This document shows positions 54,507-63,817 of a DNA stretch of 64,000 nt, in pieces. Made by a program: the position numbers and the translations under genes. Each line of letters begins with the position of its first letter. Positions within the stretch are counted from its first letter, which is position 1. The notes beneath the pieces are model-generated. The model made no database searches. It had not been told where the DNA came from and saw nothing but the letters and a program-made list of their open reading frames with translations. The stretch comes from Candidatus Omnitrophota bacterium (GTDB lineage Bacteria > Omnitrophota > Gorgyraeia > Duberdicusellales > 4484-171): the NCBI GenBank assembly GCA_028713415.1, contig JAQTOI010000002.1, positions 16,689-80,688 of the forward strand. Direction: 5' to 3'.

Positions 54507-56075
54507 ATGGCTGATGTGTCTACCGAATTACAAAAAGCGTATTACGATTCTATCAAAGAGCTAAAGGAAGGGGAAATCATCAAAGGAAAAATCTTAAGCG
54601 TATCCCCTAATGAAGTTGTCGTTGATGTCGGCTATAAGGCCGAGGGTATGCTGCCCAGAGAAGAATTCGCAGGGTTTGACATCGAAAATACCAAAGAAAT
54701 TGAGGTTTATGTAGAAAATGTTGAGGATGAGGAAGGCAAAATCATCCTTTCCTTTAAAAAAGCCCGCGAAACCAAGGGTTGGCAGAACTTGGCCACTAAC
54801 TATAATGAAGGCGACCTTGTCGAAGGCATCATCACCCGCAGGGTAAAAGGCGGCTATATGGTCAGTGTCTTTGGCGTAGAAGGATTCCTGCCGCAAAGCT
54901 TGTCATCATTTAGAAATATCAGCGACGAGGAAATAATTACCAAAAAATTCTACTTCCAGATAGTCAAAATGAGCCGCGCGAAAGAAAACTTCATTCTTTC
55001 CCGCAAGGACGCTTTAAAGATAGAAAGAGAGCTTTCCCGCAAGAAAATCTGGGAAGAAATAGAAACCGGCAAGTTAATGAAAGGGAAAGTGAAAAGCATT
55101 GCTAATTTCGGTGCTTTCATAGACCTTGGCGGAGTCGACGGCCTCCTGCACATAGCCGATATGAGTTGGAAAAAGATTTCGCACCCCTCTGAAGTTGTTG
55201 CGGTGGGGGATGAAATTAACGTGCTGGTGCTTGGTTTTGACCGCGAGAAAAGCAAAATTTCCCTTGGCCTAAAGCAAACTACCCCTGACCCCTGGAAAGA
55301 AATCGACAAGAAATACCTTGTTAACTCAATGGTCAAGGGAAGAATTACCAATATTCAGAATTACGGCATTTTTGTGGAGCTGGAAAAAGGAATTGAGGGC
55401 CTTGTGCACATAAGCGAAATATCCTGGACTAAAAAGTTCATTAATTTATATGAAACTTACGCTATAGGCGATGCTATCGAAGCAAAGATTATTGGGGTTG
55501 ATGCGGCGGAACGGAAAATTTCCTTGAGCATTAAACACCTGGAAAAAGACCCTTGGGAAGATGTAGAAACCCTCATAACCATCGATACCACCACAAAAGG
55601 TAAAGTCGCGAGTTACGGCGAAGGTTGCGCCTACATGGAACTGGAAAACGGCCTTGAAGGCGTTATCTACAATGAAGATATTTCCTGGACAAAAAGAGTT
55701 ACCCGCGCGCAGGAAATGCTCAAACGAGGCCACGCCTATGATGTCAAAATCCTGGGTATAGATAAAACCAGCAGAAAAGTCATCCTGGGAATGAAACAGC
55801 TAAAGGACGACCCCTGGCCACAGATCTTAGAACGCTATAGGGTAGGTACTGTGCTTGAGGGGGAAGTGGTTAAAGTCACCAATTTCGGCGTGTTCGTTAA
55901 AATAGAAGAAGAGCTTGAAGGTTTGGTTTTCTCCGGAGAAATTGAAAAAGAAACGTCTGAAAAACTGAAACCCAAAGATAAGCTAAAAGTTAAAATAATC
56001 AAGATAGACGCAGGCGCTGCAAAAATCGGACTTTCGGCAAAAATAGATGAAGAGCCAAATACGGCAGCATCTTGA
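54507..56075 (+). CDS. rpsA: 30S ribosomal protein S1
   Basis: 522 aa with repeated S1 domains (GKVKSIANFGAFIDLGGVDGLLHI, GRITNIQNYGIFVEL, GEVVKVTNFGVFVKI). The RBS AAGGAGG is upstream. Confidence 0.85.
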   Translation: MADVSTELQKAYYDSIKELKEGEIIKGKILSVSPNEVVVDVGYKAEGMLPREEFAGFDIENTKEIEVYVENVEDEEGKIILSFKKARETKGWQNLATNYNEGDLVEGIITRRVKGGYMVSVFGVEGFLPQSLSSFRNISDEEIITKKFYFQIVKMSRAKENFILSRKDALKIERELSRKKIWEEIETGKLMKGKVKSIANFGAFIDLGGVDGLLHIADMSWKKISHPSEVVAVGDEINVLVLGFDREKSKISLGLKQTTPDPWKEIDKKYLVNSMVKGRITNIQNYGIFVELEKGIEGLVHISEISWTKKFINLYETYAIGDAIEAKIIGVDAAERKISLSIKHLEKDPWEDVETLITIDTTTKGKVASYGEGCAYMELENGLEGVIYNEDISWTKRVTRAQEMLKRGHAYDVKILGIDKTSRKVILGMKQLKDDPWPQILERYRVGTVLEGEVVKVTNFGVFVKIEEELEGLVFSGEIEKETSEKLKPKDKLKVKIIKIDAGAAKIGLSAKIDEEPNTAAS

Positions 56076-57246
56076 CGTAATCAGTGAAAATGTCGTAGAC
56101 TTGCTTTCAAAAGAAGAACTGATTGCCAAGTTAGATAATTCTCTAGCCACCAACACCCCCCTTAAGCTAAAAATCGGTTTTGACCCTACCTCGCGCGATA
56201 TACACTTAGGCCATGTAGTGCTCTTGCGTAAATTGCGCAAATTGCAGGATTTAGGCCATTTTGTATATCTTATCATCGGTGATTTCACCGCTAAAATCGG
56301 AGACCCTTCGGGAAGAAACATTTTGCGGCCGATTTTAAGCGATGAAGAAATCAGAGACAATGCCGCCAGTTACAGCGAGCAAGCCTTTAAAATCCTCGAC
56401 GAAGGAAAAACAAAAATAATCTATAACAGCATCTGGTATAAACAAATGAAGCTGGCTTCGTTTCTGGCCTTGCTTTCTTCATACACAATAGCGCAGATAC
56501 TGGAAAGGGAAGATTTTTCGCAACGGCTAAAAGAAAACCGTCCGCTAACGTTACTGGAAATTATCTACCCGTTAGTGCAGGGGTATGATTCGGTGATGCT
56601 TGAAGCTGACGTTGAATTCGGAGGCACTGATCAGAAATTCAATTTAATCGTAGGCAGGCACCTGCAGCAAGTTTACGGCCAGAAACCGCAAATTATTGTT
56701 ACCATGCCTCTATTGGTAGGTTTGGACGGTAAAAATAAGATGTCAAAATCGCTGGGAAACTATATAGGGGTGACTGAAGAGCCAAAAGAAATGTTCGGAA
56801 AATTAATGAGCATCAATGACGAGGTAATGTGGGAATACTTCAGGCTTCTTACCGGACACGATGCCGCTCAAGCAAAAAAAATGCATCCCAAAGAGGCAAA
56901 ATTATTACTTGCGCAGTTAATCGTTTCTTTTTTTACCACGGAAGCTAAAGGCGCAGCCGCGCGGGAAGAATTCCAGAGGGTATTCTCCCAGAAAGAAATA
57001 CCCCAGGATATCGCAACCTACAAGGCCTCTGGCCCGAATGTCGATATATTAGAGGTATTATTATCTGCGAAATTAGTGGCTTCGAAAAATGAAGCGCGGC
57101 GCCTGATTACGCAGGGCGGAATTTCTCTGCTTAGCGCCGGTAATTCCTCGATAAGCACTACCGTTAGCACGCAAACGCTTTCTATACCCGAGAGCGGAAT
57201 AATTCTTAAAATAGGTAAAACTAAATTCCTTAAAATAATTTTGTGA
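56047..57246 (+). CDS. tyrS: Tyrosine--tRNA ligase
   Basis: GFDPTSRDIHLGHVV (HIGH) and KMSKSLGN (KMSKS) are present, with a C-terminal S4-like domain. The annotated ATG overlaps the rpsA 3' end by 29 nt. An in-frame TTG at 56101 is an alternative start. Confidence 0.85.
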   Translation: MKSQIRQHLDVISENVVDLLSKEELIAKLDNSLATNTPLKLKIGFDPTSRDIHLGHVVLLRKLRKLQDLGHFVYLIIGDFTAKIGDPSGRNILRPILSDEEIRDNAASYSEQAFKILDEGKTKIIYNSIWYKQMKLASFLALLSSYTIAQILEREDFSQRLKENRPLTLLEIIYPLVQGYDSVMLEADVEFGGTDQKFNLIVGRHLQQVYGQKPQIIVTMPLLVGLDGKNKMSKSLGNYIGVTEEPKEMFGKLMSINDEVMWEYFRLLTGHDAAQAKKMHPKEAKLLLAQLIVSFFTTEAKGAAAREEFQRVFSQKEIPQDIATYKASGPNVDILEVLLSAKLVASKNEARRLITQGGISLLSAGNSSISTTVSTQTLSIPESGIILKIGKTKFLKIIL

Positions 57247-57270
57247 AGAGAAAAATCAAATAAGTAAAAA

Positions 57271-57660
57271 ATGTCAGAACAGTTAAGCGAAAGACGACAG
57301 TTTGCACGTATACCGGTTGTTTTTGTAGCCACTTATAAAGTGCGCGAACCGGTGAGTTTGCGCATGTTTATCAAAAGTGAAGAAACGCCTGCTACTATGG
57401 TCGATTTAAGCGAGGGTGGCATAGCTATTAACACAAGCTGTGACATTCCTGTCGCAAGCATACTTTTAATAGAATTTACCTTTATAGACATGACAGCTAC
57501 AGCTGATGAACCGATACATAGAATGAAAATAGTGGGCGATGTACGCTATAACGTCTTAAAAGAAAACGGTGTACACAGGCTTGGTATACGCTTTACTGAA
57601 ATCAGTGAAAGCGACAAATACATCATCTCAATGTTCTGCCGTAAAGCCCTAGCGAAATAA
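57271..57660 (+). CDS. PilZ domain protein
   Basis: RRQFARIPVVFVATYKV... (RxxxR) and DLSEGGIAI (DxSxGG) are present. It lies directly upstream of the T2SS/T4P ATPase gene. Confidence 0.6.
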   Translation: MSEQLSERRQFARIPVVFVATYKVREPVSLRMFIKSEETPATMVDLSEGGIAINTSCDIPVASILLIEFTFIDMTATADEPIHRMKIVGDVRYNVLKENGVHRLGIRFTEISESDKYIISMFCRKALAK

Positions 57661-57723
57661 AGTTTAGCGGCTCAAGCTGTTGAGAATATTTAGTTTTAAA
57701 TTTTCGTAAAGTATAATTATTGT

Positions 57724-59436
57724 ATGCCGACAAAAGAAAATCTTCTGGTAGGCAGGATTCTAGTAGAAGAAAACATCATAACTTCCGAACAGCTTGAGGC
57801 GGGGCTCAAAGAGCAAAAGCGCACCGGAGACTTTATTTGCACTACACTGGTAAAACTGGGGTTTGCGCCGCAAGAGAAAGTATTCAGCGTTCTATCTCGC
57901 CAATTAAATATCCCTTATGTAAAATTGAAGGACAAAGAAATCCCTCAAAACGTTATCGAAAAAGTATCCGCTAAGTTCGCAAGCCACTATAAAATCGTCC
58001 CCATAGAGTATCGCGACAATACCCTGGTAATAGCCATGGCAAACCCGCTGGACACCCGCACGCTTGACGATATTAATCTATTATTGGGCATTGAAGTTAA
58101 GGCAGTGCTCTCCAGCGAAGTCGAGATAAACGAAGAACTTCGTAAATATTACGGAGTAGGCGCGGATACTCTGGAACAAATTATGGCGCAGAAAGAATTT
58201 TCCGGGGAAATACAGATGCAGGCTGAAAAAACCGAGGACATAGAAACGCTGGCGGAAGACGCCTCTATTATCAAATTTGTCAACCAGATACTTTCAGAAG
58301 CGGTTAAAGACAGGGCGACTGATATACACATTGAACCTTTCCAGGATGAACTACGCGTGCGCTTTCGTATCGATGGCGTGCTTTATAAAATAAATATACC
58401 CGGGACAATAAGGTATTTCCATCCCGCAATAATCTCGCGAATTAAAGTTATGGCGCAGATGAATATCGCTGAGCACCGCATGCCACAGGATGGACGCATC
58501 AAAATCAAAGTTGCCGAAAGAGAACTTGACCTGCGAATTTCTACACTACCTACGGCATTTGGCGAAGGCGTGCATATGCGCATATTGAGCTCGCATAGCT
58601 TTCTGGAATTAGAAAAACTGGGATTAGCGCAGTGCGATCTTGCTATTATTGAAAATGTCATTAAAAAACCTCACGGCATTATCTTTGTTACCGGGCCCAC
58701 GGGAAGCGGGAAATCCACAACGCTATACGCCTCCCTGGCAAAAATAAATTCCATGGAAACAAAAATAATTACCATAGAGGACCCCATAGAATATCAGTTA
58801 AAAGGCATAAACCAGATGCAGGTTATCCCAAAAATAGGGTTTGATTTTGCCATAGGACTGCGCCACATATTAAGGCACGACCCTGATGTCATAATGGTGG
58901 GTGAGGTCAGGGATTATGAAACCGCTGAAATTGCAATACGTTCTGCACTCACAGGACACTTGGTGTTTTCCACGCTGCATACCAACGACGCTGCCGGGGC
59001 GATAACACGCCTTGTTGATATGGGCGTTGAGCCTTTTTTAGTTTCATCAAGCCTTGAGTGCCTGATTGCGCAGCGGCTTGTGCGGTTAATCTGCCCGAAA
59101 TGTAAAACGGCAATAAGCGGGCACAAAAAAGCTGACATCTTAAAACAGGCTCATGAGGAAAAAATCGAAACTTCCGAAATTGAGTTGTTTGAAGGTAAAG
59201 GGTGCCAGGAATGCCGCTTTACAGGCTACCGCGGCCGGACAGGCATATACGAGATACTGCGTATCAGCGAACCTATAAGAGAAATGATTGTTACCAAGTC
59301 AACCAGCCAGCAAATAAAGCAAAAAGCTATTGCCGAAGGAATGCGCACCCTGCGCCGAGACGGCCTCTGCAAAGTATTAAGGGGGTTGACTACTTTAAGC
59401 GAAGTGATGCGCGTTAGCCAGCAGGAAACAACTTAG
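57724..59436 (+). CDS. Type II secretion/type IV pilus assembly ATPase (GspE/PilB family)
   Basis: 570 aa with an N-terminal T2SE_Nter domain, Walker A GPTGSGKSTTLYA, Asp and His boxes, and a tetracysteine motif (CPKC...CQEC). Confidence 0.8.
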   Translation: MPTKENLLVGRILVEENIITSEQLEAGLKEQKRTGDFICTTLVKLGFAPQEKVFSVLSRQLNIPYVKLKDKEIPQNVIEKVSAKFASHYKIVPIEYRDNTLVIAMANPLDTRTLDDINLLLGIEVKAVLSSEVEINEELRKYYGVGADTLEQIMAQKEFSGEIQMQAEKTEDIETLAEDASIIKFVNQILSEAVKDRATDIHIEPFQDELRVRFRIDGVLYKINIPGTIRYFHPAIISRIKVMAQMNIAEHRMPQDGRIKIKVAERELDLRISTLPTAFGEGVHMRILSSHSFLELEKLGLAQCDLAIIENVIKKPHGIIFVTGPTGSGKSTTLYASLAKINSMETKIITIEDPIEYQLKGINQMQVIPKIGFDFAIGLRHILRHDPDVIMVGEVRDYETAEIAIRSALTGHLVFSTLHTNDAAGAITRLVDMGVEPFLVSSSLECLIAQRLVRLICPKCKTAISGHKKADILKQAHEEKIETSEIELFEGKGCQECRFTGYRGRTGIYEILRISEPIREMIVTKSTSQQIKQKAIAEGMRTLRRDGLCKVLRGLTTLSEVMRVSQQETT

Positions 59437-59474
59437 AAACAAAACCCTGCGGATTTCCCTTAATCTCTAAATTA

Positions 59475-59891
59475 ATGTTACATTTAACTTCCGGCCGCTT
59501 GCGCTTAAGCGTCTTATTTCTCACCAGCATATTAACTTTCTGCTTCTTTTCTCCGCTTGTTTGCCGGCCCACAGAAAACCTTCAGGAATCCGTACAAAGC
59601 AAAATCTGGGATTTTGGCCGGGTAAAAGAAACTAAAATTCTAAAGCACAATTTTATTTTTAAAAATGAAACAGGAAAAATTTTACATATCGTCAATGTCA
59701 GCACCTCCTGCGGCTGCATGGTTTCTAAAGTAAATAAAACAACTCTTCTGCCTCGAGAGACCGCCGTCATCGCGGTTGAGTTTAACCCTGCTAGTTACAG
59801 CGGCAAGATCACTCAATACGTTTACCTTCATACCGATAATATTAAAAACTTACTGATTGAGTTTGCTTTAAGGGCTGAAGTGATGAGTTGA
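59475..59891 (+). CDS. DUF1573 domain protein (secreted)
   Basis: 138 aa with an N-terminal hydrophobic segment. The conserved DUF1573 motifs FxFxNxG (FIFKNETG) and SCGC (VSTSCGCM) are present. Confidence 0.6.
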   Translation: MLHLTSGRLRLSVLFLTSILTFCFFSPLVCRPTENLQESVQSKIWDFGRVKETKILKHNFIFKNETGKILHIVNVSTSCGCMVSKVNKTTLLPRETAVIAVEFNPASYSGKITQYVYLHTDNIKNLLIEFALRAEVMS

Positions 59892-59940
59892 TCTTTACTT
59901 TAAGCCGAAAAAAGAGCAAATTTAAGCAAATATTTTACTA

Positions 59941-59969
59941 TTGACAATAATTTAAGCTTCTCCTACAAT
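59941..59969 (+). promoter_or_regulatory. Consensus sigma70-type promoter (TTGACA-17 bp-TACAAT) upstream of the RHS toxin gene
   Basis: TTGACA at 59941-59946 and TACAAT at 59964-59969. The strong RBS AAAGAGGAGG at 60001-60010 is downstream of the predicted TSS. This implies the real start codon is near 60016 (non-ATG) and not the track's GTG at 59974. Confidence 0.5.
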
Positions 59970-59973
59970 TGAA

Positions 59974-62900
59974 GTGCTTTTTCCTCCGGTAAACCAGTTA
60001 AAAAGAGGAGGTTATATTAAAAACATTCCCTGTTTGCGGCTAATTTGCGCGCTTCTTTGCGCAACGCTTGCCTTTAACCCCCTACTCAGCTATGCCCAGC
60101 CAGAAAACTACGCAGCCATTAGTCTTTTCAAATCAGCTCAAGAAGACCAAAAGAACCTGAAATGGCAGGATAGCCTTGCCAAATTTGGGCAGGTTATTGC
60201 TTCTTCTCCAAAAAGTCCTGAGGCACAAAAAGCCTTTATTGAAATAGGTAAATATTATAAATACAACCGGGACTGGCAGAAGGCTCTCCAACAATACGAC
60301 CGGGCGATTAATATTTCCTCCGCTTCCCGCGACGCCCAGGACGCCAAAACCGCAAAAGCCGCTGTCTATTATTTCCGTCAGGATTTCCCGACCGCTTTAG
60401 GAATGTTTCAGGAAGTCTTAGCTCAAACAAAAGACTGGGACCAGATAAACTACTGCTCTTACTGGATTAAGGAAGTAAAACGCAAAATGGATTTTTCCCG
60501 GGCCGATTCATTTGCCTGCGGGCCGCAGGCGCTCAAAATTGTTTTTAATATCCTGGGCTTGCCCGCGAATAATAAAGAAATAGCCGGATTATTCCAAACT
60601 GAAGATAAACAGATTTCGCTTGCCCAATTAACCAAAGCGGCTAAACAAAAAGGGTTAAAGCCGAAAGTCGCCAAACTCAAATCCGCTGATCTTGCAAATG
60701 TAAACACTCCCTTTATCGCCTTAGTGAATCCGGAACATTATGTGGTAGTTACTGATACTGCGGATAACCAAGTGCGCTATATCGACCCCAGCTACCAAAG
60801 CCAAACGCAATCGGCAAGTTTAGAAGAGTTTAATAAAAATTTTAAAGGCTACGCCCTGATCTTCATTGAGGATCAGACCCGCTTGGCAAAAGTAAAAATT
60901 GTTTCGCCTGAAAATAAAGAGTTAAATGAACTAAAAGGCGGTATCTGCTGGTGCTGCCCGCCTTCAGGCTTAGGCGACTGCCCCAATGCTGAAAAAGACG
61001 GAAAAAAGCCCTGTTCGCCGGGTATGCCTTCATGGATGGTCAATACCGTCAATCTTAATCTCATCATCCAAGATATTGATTTTCAATATACCTCGCGCGG
61101 TATGCCTGTTGAGTTCATTCGTACCTACAACGCTGACGATCCCAGAGATGGCGTTTTCGGCCACTCCTGGACTTTTAATTACAATGTCTATTTGGTAGAA
61201 AATCCGGATAAAAGCATAGATATTAGAAGGGGCGACGGCAGGATAGACCACTTCTTCTGGAACGGCAGCCGCTATCAGGCACCTGAAGCTATTTACGATA
61301 CTCTCACTAAAAACGGGGATAACACTTACACTTTAAAGCTAAAGGCTGATAAAACCAGCTATAACTTTAATGCGCAGGGGAGGCTTATCAATATCAAGGA
61401 CAGAAATAATAATACCATCGCCTTTTCTTACGATGCTGAAGGCAAACTTACGCAAATAACCGACCCCAATGGCAAAAATACCGCACTTGCTTACGGGACA
61501 AACAAAAAAGTCTCAAGGCTTACCCTGGCTGACGGCCGCTTTGCCGAGTTTTTCTATGACAGCAATAATAACCTCATCCAGACTAAAGACATGGTGCAGG
61601 CCACCGCCGCATTTACCTATGACAGCGCAAGCTACATAACTGCCATCACCACTCCTCATCAAGGAAAAACCACCATCGAATACGGCACAACCAGCTATGA
61701 AGGCTATTATATTAAATCCATTACCGACGCTTTAGGCAATAAGCGCAGCTACTCTACTTACCAAACCCACACCCAAATACAGATTCTGGACAGTAAAAAC
61801 AACTCTACGCTCTATAAAAATAACTATGACGGTTATACTACCTCAATTACCTCCCCCAGCGGTAACGCAGTAAATTTTGAATATGATACTTTTGGAAACC
61901 GCACTAAAATCATAGATACCTTGGGTAACGCTACCGCCTTAACCTATGACGCAAACGGCGGCATTACCTCAATAACCGACGCCTTAAATAACAAGGTTAT
62001 TCTTGATTATGATGCCAATGATAACCTGATAAAAGCAACCGATCCTAAAGGCAACATCATCAATTTCACCTACGATACAAAAAGTAACCTGCTTTCCTTA
62101 AAAGACCCGGACAGCCAGACTACATCTTTTACTTATAATTCTTTCGGCCAACTGCAAAGATTAACCGACGCAAAAAATGGGATCACTGATTTTGCTTACG
62201 ATGCAAGCGGTAACCTGATTAAAATGACCAACCCCTTAGGTAAGATCAGTAATTACCTCTGTGATACTCTAGGCAGACTAACCAAGCTCACCGATCCCAA
62301 AGGCCAGGCGTTTACCTATATTTATGACGGGGTTGATCATTTGACTAAAGTAACCTATCCGGATTCAGGCACAATAACCTATACTTATAACTGCTGCAAC
62401 CTTAATCAGGTGGAGGATAAAAACGGCACGTTGAAATTTACTTACGATGCTCTTGGCAGGCTGAAATCTTTTACCAATTATGATAACAAGATAATTTCCT
62501 ACGATTATGATGGCGAAGACAATTTGATCAGCCTTACTTATCCTGACACAAAAAAAGTAAATTACCAATACGATAAAGACAATCGCCTCACAAAAGTTAT
62601 TGACTGGCTCAATAATATTACCACCTATAGTTATGATTCGCGGGGAAATTTAGCCTTTAGCCAGTCGCCGGCCTTGCTCAGCGTATATAAATACGATGCG
62701 CTTAACCGCTTGACTAAACTTCTTAATTATAACTCTAATACCATGACGATCAGCTCTGGTTTTGAATTTACTTTAAATGAGCTCTCTAACCGCGCTAAAA
62801 TCAAACGCTACCTTCCTTTGAGCGCACCCACTTTTGCTCTTTCGGGAAGCGCCTACTCCTACAACTCCGACAACCAGCTTACTTCTGCCACCGGAAAAAC

Positions 62901-63807
62901 ATTTACTTATGATGATAACGGCAACTTAATCGGCATAGCGCAAAGCGCAGGCAATATCGGCTTTAGCTATGATTATGACAACCAACTTACACAATACACG
63001 CAGGGTACAACAACTCTAACTTACCAGTATGACGCACTTGGTAACCGCATCAAGAAAACCTCTGGCTCTACAGTAACCAAGTATATCGTTGACCCCAACA
63101 GAGGATTACCCTCTGTGCTCTGTGAAACCAACTCCTCCGGCGCTATCACTGCTTACTATGTCTATGGTTTAGGGTTAATCTCCAAGATAGAGGGAAGCAA
63201 TGCCTATTACTACCAATACGATGGGATAGGTTCAACGGCAGCGATAACCGATAAGAACGGGGTGATAAAGAACAAATACGCCTACGATGACTTTGGAAAC
63301 TTGGCTACGAATTCTACGGAAACAATCGCAAATCCATTCAAATATATCGGGCGGCATGGTGTTGTGACTGATACAAATGATCTTTTTTATATGCGCGCAC
63401 GTTATTACATGCCAAGTATGGGAAGATTTGTAAATAAGGATCCAATTGGATTGGCAGGTGGATTGAATTTATATGGGTATGTCAGCAATAACGCTATAAA
63501 CATAGTTGACCCAAACGGTCTTTTCGATACAAGCACAGTTCCCATTCAGATTATCAATTCCGATTTAGTCATGCCCCCCATGTTCAAATCGTCACTACCT
63601 CTTTACTCATCTTCTTATTATTCTTCGTCGAAAGGTTACAAAAGGATAAGATGCGATTTAATTGATATACCCACCATTAAAGGAGATAAAAAAATTTGTA
63701 AATACAGGTGTGTGGATGAACATGGGAACTTCATCTCAATCTGGTATCATATCATATTAGCGGATTCTAATTGTGATTCGGTATTTTTTAAAATAGTGCC
63801 AAAATAG
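59974..63807 (+). CDS. RHS/YD-repeat polymorphic toxin with N-terminal peptidase-C39-like domain and novel C-terminal domain
   Basis: 1277 aa with a signal peptide, a TPR-like region, a Cys/His papain-like block (CGPQALKIVFNILGL...NPEHYVVVTD), about 20 YD repeats, an RHS core (YYQYDGIGSTAAITD...RARYYMPSMGRFVNKDPIGLAGGLNLYGYVSNNAINIVDPNGL), and then an unrelated 95-aa C-terminal tail. The 5' end is uncertain (see promoter feature). Confidence 0.8.
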   Translation: MLFPPVNQLKRGGYIKNIPCLRLICALLCATLAFNPLLSYAQPENYAAISLFKSAQEDQKNLKWQDSLAKFGQVIASSPKSPEAQKAFIEIGKYYKYNRDWQKALQQYDRAINISSASRDAQDAKTAKAAVYYFRQDFPTALGMFQEVLAQTKDWDQINYCSYWIKEVKRKMDFSRADSFACGPQALKIVFNILGLPANNKEIAGLFQTEDKQISLAQLTKAAKQKGLKPKVAKLKSADLANVNTPFIALVNPEHYVVVTDTADNQVRYIDPSYQSQTQSASLEEFNKNFKGYALIFIEDQTRLAKVKIVSPENKELNELKGGICWCCPPSGLGDCPNAEKDGKKPCSPGMPSWMVNTVNLNLIIQDIDFQYTSRGMPVEFIRTYNADDPRDGVFGHSWTFNYNVYLVENPDKSIDIRRGDGRIDHFFWNGSRYQAPEAIYDTLTKNGDNTYTLKLKADKTSYNFNAQGRLINIKDRNNNTIAFSYDAEGKLTQITDPNGKNTALAYGTNKKVSRLTLADGRFAEFFYDSNNNLIQTKDMVQATAAFTYDSASYITAITTPHQGKTTIEYGTTSYEGYYIKSITDALGNKRSYSTYQTHTQIQILDSKNNSTLYKNNYDGYTTSITSPSGNAVNFEYDTFGNRTKIIDTLGNATALTYDANGGITSITDALNNKVILDYDANDNLIKATDPKGNIINFTYDTKSNLLSLKDPDSQTTSFTYNSFGQLQRLTDAKNGITDFAYDASGNLIKMTNPLGKISNYLCDTLGRLTKLTDPKGQAFTYIYDGVDHLTKVTYPDSGTITYTYNCCNLNQVEDKNGTLKFTYDALGRLKSFTNYDNKIISYDYDGEDNLISLTYPDTKKVNYQYDKDNRLTKVIDWLNNITTYSYDSRGNLAFSQSPALLSVYKYDALNRLTKLLNYNSNTMTISSGFEFTLNELSNRAKIKRYLPLSAPTFALSGSAYSYNSDNQLTSATGKTFTYDDNGNLIGIAQSAGNIGFSYDYDNQLTQYTQGTTTLTYQYDALGNRIKKTSGSTVTKYIVDPNRGLPSVLCETNSSGAITAYYVYGLGLISKIEGSNAYYYQYDGIGSTAAITDKNGVIKNKYAYDDFGNLATNSTETIANPFKYIGRHGVVTDTNDLFYMRARYYMPSMGRFVNKDPIGLAGGLNLYGYVSNNAINIVDPNGLFDTSTVPIQIINSDLVMPPMFKSSLPLYSSSYYSSSKGYKRIRCDLIDIPTIKGDKKICKYRCVDEHGNFISIWYHIILADSNCDSVFFKIVPK

Positions 63808-63817
63808 ACGAATAAGT

